Positions 40,130-53,236 of a stretch of DNA of 64,000 bases are shown here, one piece after another. Made by a program: the position numbers and the translations under genes. The notes under the pieces were generated by a model that worked only from the letters and a program-made list of their open reading frames with translations, was not told the DNA's origin and did not search any database. The first letter of the stretch is position 1. Each line of letters begins with the position of its first letter. The stretch comes from Candidatus Saccharimonadales bacterium (lineage in GTDB: Bacteria > Patescibacteriota > Saccharimonadia > QS-5-54-17). Location: positions 198,038 to 262,037 of the forward strand of contig JBBDUI010000002.1 of assembly GCA_040903985.1 (NCBI GenBank), read 5' to 3'.

Positions 40130-40231
40130 TATACTTTAGCTTCAATGTTTAGTTGCTATGTACCCAATATAGAGTGGTTGTGGTTATCTGGCAACTGGTG
40201 GGAGGTGGGAGTTATTATCGATTGGGGTCAT

Positions 40232-40262
40232 CCGGGACTCGAACCTGAGGCCTCGTCATTAG
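40232..40262 (-). pseudogene. degenerate partial copy of a tRNA 3' half (T-arm GGTTCGAGTCC plus part of the anticodon stem)
   Basis: GGGACTCGAACCTGAGGCCTCGTCATTAG parallels GTGGACTCGAACCACGGACCTCGTCATTATCAG of the adjacent tRNA-Ile. It cannot fold into a full tRNA. Confidence 0.6.
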
Positions 40263-40305
40263 GTCTCGCTTTGCTCGATAAAGCATAATAATTTTTCAAT
40301 CCAAA

Positions 40306-40383
40306 TGGTGGGGCTGCGTGGACTCGAACCACGGACCTCGTCATTATCAGTGACGCGCTCTAACCAGACTGAGCTACAGCCCC
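40306..40383 (-). tRNA. tRNA-Ile (anticodon GAT), CCA encoded
   Basis: Sense sequence GGGGCTGTAGCTCAGTCTGGTTAGAGCGCGTCACTGATAATGACGAGGTCCGTGGTTCGAGTCCACGCAGCCCCACCA. Confidence 0.92.
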
Positions 40384-40410
40384 TCCATTTGGATTGAATT
40401 ATAAAAGTAC

Positions 40411-40560
40411 GAAACAGTGACGCGCTCTAACCGGGCTGAGCTAATCGCCCTCCAGCTGTATTTTACTATCTTCAGAATACACAGTGACGCACACTAGCTG
40501 GGCAGCTGTGTCCGCCATAGCCCCCAAGCGACGGCGGAAGCTAATCGCCCCTATAAAAGC
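40411..40560 (-). repeat. two tandem, progressively degenerate copies of the tRNA-Ile 5' half plus its upstream flank (remnants)
   Basis: Positions 40414-40460 match the tRNA 5' half: CAGTGACGCGCTCTAACC identical, then ...GCTGAGCTAATCGCCCTCCA. Positions 40478-40560 repeat ACAGTGACGC... and ...GCTAATCGCCCCTATA with an internal insertion. Confidence 0.65.
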
Positions 40561-40718
40561 ACACCTTATTGTAACCAGAAATCACCTCCTGGGGCAAGTC
40601 GGAATTACTGGTATCGATATTATTTATGTTTAGTAGTCATTTAAACAACAATCACCCTGTCATTCGACAGGGTGATTGTTTGTAGCTTTAAGTGCTTAGA
40701 CTGTGCAGCATAACCAAC

Positions 40719-40848
40719 CCCGCACCTGAGATGCAGGCAATAGCATAAGCTATTGCGACTCGGCTAGCCCTAACTTTCTAATGAAATAGCTAGGAACTAG
40801 TTACAGCTAAAGTTCTTGCGAACTTTACTGCATTTCAGGTGCGGGGCC
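40719..40848 (-). ncRNA. structured spacer element downstream of 16S: 19-bp long-range stem enclosing two hairpins (candidate processing element or small RNA)
   Basis: CCCCGCACCTGAGATGCAG at 40719-40737 pairs with CTGCATTTCAGGTGCGGGG at 40830-40848. Internal hairpins are GCAATAGC-ATAA-GCTATTGC and CTAGC...GCTAG. Confidence 0.4.
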
Positions 40849-40959
40849 GACCTTGGGATCTATCACTAACTCGACCCTTCGTTCCCACCAATGGCGGGAC
40901 CTTATCTTCGAGCGTAATAGGTCTAGTTTCGATTATTAATCGAAACGGTTTTCCCTAGA

Positions 40960-42445
<1,486 letters not shown>

Positions 42446-42704
42446 GCTAAGCTCGAGATCACCTTGCGGTTCACTCGGCCACTTAGCTTATTGAATTTGA
42501 TTGCTCAAAAACTAACTAACATTGTTTTTTGTAACGTACAAATGTAAAAACGTTTGTCTCGATGTCACCACCGAGACGGAATTGATCCCCGATAAAATCG
42601 GGGAAAAACGGTTATACTGCACAGTCTAAATTCTTAAAGTACCTCACGTAGTGATAAAAAAAGCTCCCTAAACTCGGGCGCTTGCTCACAAACGTACAAA
42701 TTCT

Positions 42705-42734
42705 ATAATAATCGAGCGGCATAGACAGTGTCAA
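42705..42734 (-). promoter_or_regulatory. strong sigma70-type promoter for 16S rRNA
   Basis: On the minus strand: TTGACA, an 18-nt spacer, then TATTAT. This sits about 255 nt upstream of the mature 16S 5' end. Confidence 0.6.
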
Positions 42735-42866
42735 CCCCAGCTATAAGTTATACTAACTAGAAATAACAACCCCGGTTTTATAAACCAGCTGCTAGCCCCT
42801 ACTCCTCAGCCTTTAGCTAAATGGCTCACCTCGACGAGCGTAATCCTCTCTATTGGTCTCTACTAC

Positions 42867-45800
42867 CTACTCGGTAGCTGTCGGGCTAGAGAAGCCGGCC
42901 CCAATTACGTGGTAGTCAAAGCTGTATTCGGTACCAGCTGTCACCGGGACGGTAGTGACCAGCATGAACCCTGCGGGAGTCGACTTCACATACACCTCCA
43001 AGCTAGTAGCGGCGGCATTTCTAGCCGAAATCGTGACTCGGGGCGGGAAGGTGTAAATTTGAGAGAAGTCGATCCGCGCTAACTCATACTCATTAGTCTC
43101 CACCACGCTCTCTGATACCACCACATTAATAGTTCCGGCTACATCAGTTCCGCTTAAACTAACTGTACCGCCTTCTAGATCAGCCCCGGAACTGGCTTCT
43201 GGGGTGTTACCGGTGCTGAGAAGATGTCCTCCTATACTTAAGTTCATGCTTACTCGTACTGCTGAGACACTAAGAGTACCCCCGATCACCACATCTCCGG
43301 TCACCTCTAAGCTAGCCAGCGTACTAGCACCACTCACGTTCAAGCTTGAGAAGTCAACTTGCTCACCACTATCCTGTACGCTTTCGCTGGCTTGCTGTAA
43401 TTGTGGTATATAGTTCTCAGTCTTCACAAAGACCATCACTGAGCCGACGTCGCTACCACTGTAACTCTCTAGGGCATAGCCGACAATTCGTGCCGGATCA
43501 CTAGCTTTCATTCCGACCCCTGGAGTTTCAGAGAGGGTAATGGGGTCGCCTACAGCTATGCTGCCATTCTCTGTGGTTACATTTACTGGCACCCGACCGA
43601 CTAGGGCAAGCGGTGCGCCCTCGGTCTTCGAAGCTAAGACCAAACCAGGCTCAGTAGAGATAATCCCAGCTAGAGACACGCTCGTGGTAGCTCTCACTAA
43701 CTTGCCTTCGGCGTTAAAGGCCACGATGTCACCGGGCTCAACCGGCTCGGCGGTGGCATAATGCTCAGCAACGTCGGCAGAAGTATCGGTTAGGAAAGCA
43801 TGGGCCCGCACGTTACCGGAAACAGTTAACTTGCTATCGGGAGAGGTGGTGCCGATACCTACATTTCCGCCCTGGATGAGAGTATTGGCGTTAGCGTCAA
43901 TCGTAAAAGCGTTAACCGTAGTCTCTTGGTAGTTGCTGATAGTTTCGCCATGAGAGACCACTGCAGCATAGGGCACGATCGGATTAATTATAGTTGGTAA
44001 CACCGTGCTGTTGGTTGGGCTATGACTGCCTACAGACGGGCTGACTGTAATTGATTCGGGCGAGATGTCAGTCTCCTCAAGCTCAATATCTTCACAAATA
44101 TCACCGCACCCCTCGATGTTAACCAGGCCATGAAATTTAGCCGCCATGAAATCGCTACCACCTGTACCGTAGCTAGACGTAATGCCAGCCACCACATACC
44201 CTCCATCACTAGTCTGGCGAGCAGATCGAATTTGATCGCTACTGGTGCCGCCCACTACCCTAGTCCACTCTTCAGCTCCACTGGAGTTAAACTTAATCAA
44301 CATAAAGCTGTTATTGCCCGGCCCATAGCTGGCGGTATAGCCGCCTAGAATGTAGCCTCCGTCACTAGTCTGCTGTACTGATTGAACGACATCACTACCA
44401 GTTCCACCCGCTACCTTAGTCCACTCATGAGCTCCATCAGAGTCGAGCTTAACCAGCATAAAGTCGTTACTACCGGCACCGTAACCGGAGGTATAGCCTC
44501 CAATGATATAGCCCCCGTCACTAGTCTGCTGTACGGACTGGGCTGTTTCGCTACCGGTGCCACCTATCACTCTTGTCCACTCATGAGCTCCATTGGAGTC
44601 GAGCTTAACCGTCATAAAGTCGCCACTGCCCGCACCATAGCTGGAGGTAGAGCCGGTCAAGATGAAGCCACCGTCACTGGTATAATCCATATCATTCGTC
44701 GTATCACTACTACTTCCTCCGATCGCACGTGTCCAGAGACTCACGCCATTACTATCGAGTTTGGTTATATTAAAATCATTACTACCCCCGGTTGTAAAAG
44801 TAGAGCTATACCAAGAGATGGCATAGCCTCCGTCACTGGTCTGTTTTACAGTAGAAGGCGATGACTCACTACTGGCGCCACCCAGTGTCTTACTCCAGCT
44901 AACCGCTCCATTAGCCGTAAATTTAATAACCATTAGATCGTAACTTCCCGCCCCCAAACCGTTAACTCGTCCCGAAGCGATATATCCCCCATCTGTAGTT
45001 AAATCTACCGAGTAGCCAATGTCACTACTGGTGCTACCCAGTACGGTCGACCATTCCAGCTGACCGAATACGTTAAGCTTAGAAAGCATCCAGTCGCCAC
45101 TACCCGCACCGTATGAGTTAGTCTCTCCCACAACGATATAACCACCATCACCGGTCTGACGGATTGAATAAGCCGAATCACTGCTCGTCCCGCCCCATGC
45201 TGTTATGAAACTCGATGTGCTTGTGCCGATATTTGCCCGAGTAGTCACGCGTAGAGCATCACGACTTAGATCGGTATGATCTATCTCCAGCCGACCTCCT
45301 AAACGAGTGTTGCCTTCTACGCGAAGATCCTCTTGAACAAATAGATCCCGGTCCAGGCGGGTATCGCCACCAACTCGAGCATCGCCCTCAACTAAAAGGT
45401 TACTAGTATGCGTCTGGCCGTTCGTTATCTTTACTACGGTCAGAGCGTCTGCCCCGCTACTTGCGATATATGCATAGCTGTCGGCAACAAATAACCCACT
45501 AGCACCTGCTAAATCGCCATCACTTATGCTGCCCGTCTGAGTCGGTGCAGCTGGGTCGACCACATCGACGACCGCTAACGTGCCCGTAGTGTCACTTGTA
45601 ACATACGCGTAGCCACCGCTGAAGAACACTTCGCTAGCGCCGGTCAATTCGGCCGATGTCACCGTGCCCACCTGGGATACTGCGGCCGGATTAGTAATGT
45701 CAATTACTGTTAACGAACCGGCTGTGGCGCTGGCCACGTAAGCATAGTCTCCACTCACAGCCACGCTTCTAGCCCCATTCAAATCAGTATTAGCTATGCT

Positions 45801-47015
45801 ATCGACTGTGCTTAAGGCGGCCGGATTAGTAATATCGATTACTGTTAACGAACCGGCTGTGGCGCTGGCCACGTAAGCATAGTCTCCATTCACAGCAACT
45901 CCCCGGGCGCCTACCAAATTAGCGGAGCTAAAGCTGCTAACTTGAGTTAAATCATTTGGATCACTGATATCAACAACCGTTAGGCTACCAGCATAATGAC
46001 TAGCGATATATGCATAGTTCCCACTAATAGCGATATCGCTAGCGCCTTCGAGATCAGTATTATTAATGTAAGTATCTACCTTAACAGGAGTAGTAGGATC
46101 GCTAATATCGATCGAGACGACAGAATCCGCATGGAAGCTGGCCACGTAAGCATAATCTCCACTTACGGCTACCCTTCTAGCACCATTAAGCTCGACCGCA
46201 TCCGATACGCTACCGACCTGGGCTAGCTCATCAATATAGCTAACATCAACTATCGTCAACGCATCGGCCTCAGAGCTTGCCACGTAGGCATAAGAGTCCC
46301 TAATAACTACTCCACTTGCCCCGACAAGTCCGGCAGTAGTTAAAGCCCCAGAGGAAGACAAGCTCGAGTTAGTAGCCACTCGCAATATATCCTGTCCGCT
46401 ACTAGTCTTAACAGCCAGAGCACTCGCTACCGGTGCGACTGAACGAACAGATGCCTCTCCATATACATCGAGTGCCACCTGCGGGCTGCTAGTACCAATG
46501 CCGAGACGACTACTAGTATTATCCCAGTGGAAGTTACTATTACCAGTTAAAGAGTCACTCCCATCAAAGAAAGCGATCTGGCCCACACTACCGCTACCCT
46601 GAAGGCCACCACTACCACCACCAGGACAGTTACCAGAGGCATCGCAGACTTGATTGCCATTTTGGAGTAAGCTGGTAGCTGTTATCTGCTGGAAGGTATT
46701 ATTGCCACTAAAAGTATTGTTCGCATTAAGAAAGGCTACATTACTACTTAAAGCTCCGTCAGCTACCGAACCTGCGCTCGAAATTGTCAGATCCTCATCC
46801 ACCTCACTATTCTGAATCGACTGTCCCAATAGCGAGACACTCGCATCAAGCCGAGCGTTAGACAATGTACCAGTACTTATATTACTAGCATTGGTAAAGT
46901 AGGAGCTTGTATTCCCTCCTAAGCTTGCTGCATTAACGTTAGTGAGATTAGCTCCGTCACCCTGGAGACTACCCGCGATCAAGGTACCAGATATATTGAT
47001 ATGCCCTGACTGCAC
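42867..47015 (-). CDS. giant surface protein: Gly-rich N-terminus, about 10 LVIVD-type beta-propeller repeats (SGDYAYVAS...LTVIDI), about 9 SBBP-type repeats (TSDGGYI...YGAG..D), and a C-terminal tail-fibre-like region ([16 protein letters not shown])
   Basis: The repeats are periodic at both protein and DNA level. It probably starts with GTG and is probably the continuation of the upstream collagen-like ORF. Confidence 0.6.
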   Translation of the reverse strand: MQSGHINISGTLIAGSLQGDGANLTNVNAASLGGNTSSYFTNASNISTGTLSNARLDASVSLLGQSIQNSEVDEDLTISSAGSVADGALSSNVAFLNANNTFSGNNTFQQITATSLLQNGNQVCDASGNCPGGGSGGLQGSGSVGQIAFFDGSDSLTGNSNFHWDNTSSRLGIGTSSPQVALDVYGEASVRSVAPVASALAVKTSSGQDILRVATNSSLSSSGALTTAGLVGASGVVIRDSYAYVASSEADALTIVDVSYIDELAQVGSVSDAVELNGARRVAVSGDYAYVASFHADSVVSIDISDPTTPVKVDTYINNTDLEGASDIAISGNYAYIASHYAGSLTVVDISDPNDLTQVSSFSSANLVGARGVAVNGDYAYVASATAGSLTVIDITNPAALSTVDSIANTDLNGARSVAVSGDYAYVASATAGSLTVIDITNPAAVSQVGTVTSAELTGASEVFFSGGYAYVTSDTTGTLAVVDVVDPAAPTQTGSISDGDLAGASGLFVADSYAYIASSGADALTVVKITNGQTHTSNLLVEGDARVGGDTRLDRDLFVQEDLRVEGNTRLGGRLEIDHTDLSRDALRVTTRANIGTSTSSFITAWGGTSSDSAYSIRQTGDGGYIVVGETNSYGAGSGDWMLSKLNVFGQLEWSTVLGSTSSDIGYSVDLTTDGGYIASGRVNGLGAGSYDLMVIKFTANGAVSWSKTLGGASSESSPSTVKQTSDGGYAISWYSSTFTTGGSNDFNITKLDSNGVSLWTRAIGGSSSDTTNDMDYTSDGGFILTGSTSSYGAGSGDFMTVKLDSNGAHEWTRVIGGTGSETAQSVQQTSDGGYIIGGYTSGYGAGSNDFMLVKLDSDGAHEWTKVAGGTGSDVVQSVQQTSDGGYILGGYTASYGPGNNSFMLIKFNSSGAEEWTRVVGGTSSDQIRSARQTSDGGYVVAGITSSYGTGGSDFMAAKFHGLVNIEGCGDICEDIELEETDISPESITVSPSVGSHSPTNSTVLPTIINPIVPYAAVVSHGETISNYQETTVNAFTIDANANTLIQGGNVGIGTTSPDSKLTVSGNVRAHAFLTDTSADVAEHYATAEPVEPGDIVAFNAEGKLVRATTSVSLAGIISTEPGLVLASKTEGAPLALVGRVPVNVTTENGSIAVGDPITLSETPGVGMKASDPARIVGYALESYSGSDVGSVMVFVKTENYIPQLQQASESVQDSGEQVDFSSLNVSGASTLASLEVTGDVVIGGTLSVSAVRVSMNLSIGGHLLSTGNTPEASSGADLEGGTVSLSGTDVAGTINVVVSESVVETNEYELARIDFSQIYTFPPRVTISARNAAATSLEVYVKSTPAGFMLVTTVPVTAGTEYSFDYHVIGAGFSSPTATE

Positions 47016-47664
47016 CGTCCTGACCGTCAGCTCCGGCTGGTCCTTGGGAGCCGGTCGGACCCTGAATACCCGCGGGCCCCTGAGGTCCGATAGGCCCTTG
47101 TGAACCAGTTGCCCCTTTTGCGCCGGCTGGACCTGAAGGACCAGTCGGGCCTTGTGGACCAGTGGCTCCCCTAGCTCCGGTCGCGCCTACGCTACCGCTA
47201 GCAATTACTCCATCCGAATCATCCGCTACAGCAGATTCATCGTTATCCTCCTCTACATCGTCAGCAGCTGGGCTGTCAGACTGTGAGGCTACCAGCTCCT
47301 CTGTAGCTTTACTTAAGTTCTCTACTTGAAGTGCTAATTTATCTTGTTGAGCGTCAAGTCTATCTTGCTGTAACGAGATTTCCCGCTCTGATTGCTGGCT
47401 GTTAGCCGCCGGCATAATACTCCTCATAGTCCACATCTGCGAAACAAGTAGTACTACTACCGCGATGCTGACAGCTATAACGGTAGCATGACTGGTGTTA
47501 TGCGGAGTGTAGGGCGGATAGTTATGGGGTGGGTATGGACCTGCGGTGCCCTGGGGATGATACGGCGAACCGACTACCGGTGCAGCCTGATTCGTGGGCA
47601 TATCAGGGGCTGATTGCTGATTATAATCGTCTGGCAAAACTGAGTTTTGTTGCTCGGGATTCAT
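46969..47664 (-). CDS. membrane-anchored collagen-like protein (Pro-rich N-terminus, single TM, coiled coil, about 20 Gly-X-Y triplets); likely the N-terminal part of the giant protein
   Basis: TM segment [17 protein letters not shown] and [58 protein letters not shown]. The last 14 codons are non-collagen and overlap the next ORF in another frame. Confidence 0.65.
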   Translation of the reverse strand: MNPEQQNSVLPDDYNQQSAPDMPTNQAAPVVGSPYHPQGTAGPYPPHNYPPYTPHNTSHATVIAVSIAVVVLLVSQMWTMRSIMPAANSQQSEREISLQQDRLDAQQDKLALQVENLSKATEELVASQSDSPAADDVEEDNDESAVADDSDGVIASGSVGATGARGATGPQGPTGPSGPAGAKGATGSQGPIGPQGPAGIQGPTGSQGPAGADGQDGAVRAYQYIWYLDRG

Positions 47665-47855
47665 TATTTTGTGTTACGTTTATTCTCTATTTTGTATACT
47701 TTTTTTGTACTATTCTCTTGCAGAATAACCTACCCATAACAACTTGTCAACACATCCTATACCCTAAATATGCTCTCTGTAGCAAGAAGCCTGTCTATTT
47801 CTGATTTAACAATATGATACCCACTCAAATCACTAACCTGTGCGTCTAATGACTC

Positions 47856-48674
47856 TTACTTGCGGCGGCGTTTCTTGTTTTTTCGCACTTGTGTACGTGT
47901 CGCTCGATGACGTTCTAGCAATTTTACCTCGTAGCGGTAGTGTGACCCTATAAAACGATAAACGCGCCTCCACAGCACTATATGTAGTATCCCCAAGGCA
48001 GTTGTAATCATTAGTGGCCATAGCCGCCAGCTTCCAGCATGAATAGTCTGAAACTGTAATAACGACATAAACAGTCCGATAGCAGCCGGTAAGACGAGAC
48101 TCCACCAGATGATCAGCTTAAGTCGATGCGTTGTTCTCACCCGACGATACCGCTGTAGTATTAGTCGCGCCGCTAACGCGGTAAAGAATAATAAAGCAAA
48201 GAACAATAAGTAGGCACTCCTCTCCAGCGCTGGAGGAGACATTACTAACCATTCTAACTGATGGTCCCAATCAGAAGAAGTAAACAAAAGAGCCACTATA
48301 GCGCCAGCTATAGCGCCAGCGCCAACTTCAACCGGGGTATGGCCCATAATCTCTTTTACGAGCTTAGTGTTGCCTGATGTCTTCAATAGTACATTCATCA
48401 TGACCGATTGTTCCCCGCTGGAACGGCGAATACCTAGGGAGTCGTAGATGACAATAGCAGCTAGAACAGCTGCTATCCCAAAAATGGGACTCTGCAGCCC
48501 TTCAATTGCTAGAGCCGCAATAGCGACTGCAACTACGGTTGCACTATGAGCGCTCGGCATTCCGCCGGACTGATAAAACAACTTGAAATCAGGCGTCGCA
48601 ACTAGCGCTTTAAGGGAGAACTTAATTAGCTGAGCTACGAACCAAGCACTGAAAGCTATCAGCAGCAACTGCAT
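47856..48674 (-). CDS. divergent PAP2 (DUF212/YuiD-like) domain fused to a C-terminal 4-TM extension and a basic tail
   Basis: GGMPSAHSATVVAV is the DUF212 signature. Confidence 0.6.
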   Translation of the reverse strand: MQLLLIAFSAWFVAQLIKFSLKALVATPDFKLFYQSGGMPSAHSATVVAVAIAALAIEGLQSPIFGIAAVLAAIVIYDSLGIRRSSGEQSVMMNVLLKTSGNTKLVKEIMGHTPVEVGAGAIAGAIVALLFTSSDWDHQLEWLVMSPPALERSAYLLFFALLFFTALAARLILQRYRRVRTTHRLKLIIWWSLVLPAAIGLFMSLLQFQTIHAGSWRLWPLMITTALGILHIVLWRRVYRFIGSHYRYEVKLLERHRATRTQVRKNKKRRRK

Positions 48675-51154
48675 TACTCTTGTTCCGCCCCAGTATCAGA
48701 GATAAGAGCGACCGAAACGATCTCATCATCTTTGTTCAAGCGCATAATGCGCACCCCTTGGGTCACCCGACCGATGATCGATATCTCTTTCGTTCGCAAG
48801 CGGATGATCTGACCCCGGCGCGAGATGAGTAAGACCTCATCCTCTTCCGGAATGGTGCGAACTACGTTAATCACCGGGCCGGTCTTCTTGCTAATAACGC
48901 CGGCCTTAATACCTAAGCCGCCTCGCTTATGTACGGCGAACAATTTCACCTTGGTACGCTTACCGTAACCGTTAGCGTGGACCACCATCACCTGAGCATC
49001 ATCATTGACGACATCGAAACCAACCACTTTGTCGCCCTTGCGCAGGCGGATGCCTCGTACGCCGCGTGCACTACGGCCCATCGGACGCACATCGGTCTCC
49101 TCGAAACGCAGCGCCTGACCGTTAGCGGTTGAGATGAGGATCTGATCTTGGCCGGTTGTAATACGGACCCACTGCAAGAGGTCATCGTCATCGAGCCGAA
49201 TAGCGATAATACCGTTAGTGCGAATGTTAGAGAACTGTTCTAGTGATGTCTTTTTGACTACACCTTCACAAGTCGCCATGAGGAGATAAGTCTCTTTAGC
49301 CTCTTTCTCTTGGGGCAGCTTGATGATGGCACTGATGCCTTCATCGGGGTGCAACTGCAGGATATTAACGATGGCCTGCCCCTTGGCAGTTCGAGAGGCG
49401 ACCGGAATCTCATAGGCCTTAATCCTAAAGACACGACCTATAGTGGTGAAGAACAGGATGTAGTCGTGAGTATTCGCAAACACCATGTGGGCGATCACAT
49501 CCTCTTCCTTAGTACCCATCCCGACGACTCCCTTGCCACCGCGACCTTGGCTCCGGTAGGTGTCGAGTGTGGTCCGCTTGATGTAGCTACCCTTGGTGAA
49601 GGTAATGACTACCTGTTCGTTCGGGATCAGCTCCTCTTCGGAGAACTTGCCCAGCTCGTGCTCGACGATACTGGTCCGACGCTCGTCACCATATTTATCT
49701 TTCATCTCGACTAATTCGGCCTTAATAATCTTTAGAATCTCGGCCTCACTAGAGAGAATCTTCTCTAGCTTCTTAATCAGTACCAGAACTTCTTTCAGCT
49801 CGTCCTCTACCTTCTGGCGCTCGAGACCGGCCAGAGTACGTAGCTGCATACTTAAGATAGCGTTGGCTTGGAGCTCGCTGAACTTAAACTGCTTCATCAA
49901 GTTATCCCGGGCCGCATCGGTGCTCTCACTCGCACGAATCGTCTTGATCACCTCATCGATATGATCAAGCGCTATCTTCAGTCCTTCCAGAATGTGAGCG
50001 CGAGCCTTCGCCTTACGCAGATCAAACTCACTGCGACGGCGCACTACTAGCTGACGATGCTTCAGATACTCACTTAAGATGGCCTCGAGGTTAAGGACCT
50101 TAGGCTGGATACCGTCTACCAGAGCGAGCATATTCAAGTGAAACTTAGTCTGCATTGGGGTCAGCTTGTAGAGCTGGTTAAGAATCTTCTTCGGATAGGC
50201 ATCTTTCTTCAAATCGACAACGATGCGTACGCTTCCGCGCGAGCTCTCGTCCCGCAAATCGGCGATACCGGTTATCTTCTTGTCCTTCACCAGGTCGGCA
50301 ATCTTCTCGATGAGGGTGGCCTTGTTCTGACCATAGGGGATCTCAGTAACTAAAATCTGGTGCGCATTCTTACTCTCGACGATTTCCGCTACAGCCCGGA
50401 CGGTAACGCCGCCGCGACCACTACCATAAGCGTGGCGAATCGACTCCTGGCCATAGATGATACCACCGGTTGGGAAGTCGGGACCTTTCACAAAGTTGAG
50501 CAAATCATCGGTCGTCACGTCATCGTTCTCGATCATAAATACTAGCGCGTCTACTAATTCGCCTAGGTTATGTGGCGGGATGTTGGTGGCCATACCGACA
50601 GCGATACCCATCTGACCGTTGAGCAGTAAGTTCGGTACCTTAGCCGGGAGAACGGACGGCTGCTGCTCCGAACCATCGAAGTTAGGTACGAAATCGACTG
50701 TCTCTTTATCGATGTCGGCTAACATCTCACCGGCGATGGCCGTCATCCGAGCCTCGGTGTAACGCATGGCAGCAGCGGAGTCACCATCCATCGAACCGAA
50801 GTTACCCTGACCGTCCACCATCATATAGCGCATAGACCATGGCTGAGCCATACGAGCTAAGGAGTCATAGATTGCCGAGTCACCATGAGGGTGGTACTTA
50901 CCCATAACTTGACCGACAATGGTGGCACTTTTACGATGCTTAGTGTTGTGACGGATGCCGTTCTCGTGCATTGAGTAGAGAATGCGGCGGTGGACCGGCT
51001 TCATACCGTCCCTAACGTCAGGCAGGGCCCGGGCGACGATCACGCTCATCGAATACTCGAGATAGCTCTTCTCCATCTCATCAACGAGGTTCTTACTGTG
51101 AACCATACCTCGGTTGTCTTTTACGCTCTCTGGTAGTGTTGTATTATCTGCCAC
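48674..51154 (-). CDS. gyrA: DNA gyrase subunit A
   Basis: Catalytic [10 protein letters not shown], the GyrA box SQGRGGKG, a C-terminal beta-pinwheel, and the gyrB-gyrA arrangement. Confidence 0.92.
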   Translation of the reverse strand: MADNTTLPESVKDNRGMVHSKNLVDEMEKSYLEYSMSVIVARALPDVRDGMKPVHRRILYSMHENGIRHNTKHRKSATIVGQVMGKYHPHGDSAIYDSLARMAQPWSMRYMMVDGQGNFGSMDGDSAAAMRYTEARMTAIAGEMLADIDKETVDFVPNFDGSEQQPSVLPAKVPNLLLNGQMGIAVGMATNIPPHNLGELVDALVFMIENDDVTTDDLLNFVKGPDFPTGGIIYGQESIRHAYGSGRGGVTVRAVAEIVESKNAHQILVTEIPYGQNKATLIEKIADLVKDKKITGIADLRDESSRGSVRIVVDLKKDAYPKKILNQLYKLTPMQTKFHLNMLALVDGIQPKVLNLEAILSEYLKHRQLVVRRRSEFDLRKAKARAHILEGLKIALDHIDEVIKTIRASESTDAARDNLMKQFKFSELQANAILSMQLRTLAGLERQKVEDELKEVLVLIKKLEKILSSEAEILKIIKAELVEMKDKYGDERRTSIVEHELGKFSEEELIPNEQVVITFTKGSYIKRTTLDTYRSQGRGGKGVVGMGTKEEDVIAHMVFANTHDYILFFTTIGRVFRIKAYEIPVASRTAKGQAIVNILQLHPDEGISAIIKLPQEKEAKETYLLMATCEGVVKKTSLEQFSNIRTNGIIAIRLDDDDLLQWVRITTGQDQILISTANGQALRFEETDVRPMGRSARGVRGIRLRKGDKVVGFDVVNDDAQVMVVHANGYGKRTKVKLFAVHKRGGLGIKAGVISKKTGPVINVVRTIPEEDEVLLISRRGQIIRLRTKEISIIGRVTQGVRIMRLNKDDEIVSVALISDTGAEQE

Positions 51155-51155
51155 G

Positions 51156-53165
<2,010 letters not shown>

Positions 53166-53236
53166 TTATTTACCCTCAAATATAGCTCAATTATACTGCT
53201 GAATCGGCCTACTAGCAAGAGCGAGCGGGTCGAGCG

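Noticed and set aside
42480-42560. boxA-like antitermination motif (TTGCTCAAAAACTAAC) in the 16S leader
   Set aside because: The best match is on the plus strand, i.e. antisense to the rRNA transcript, and matches only about 9 of 13 positions.
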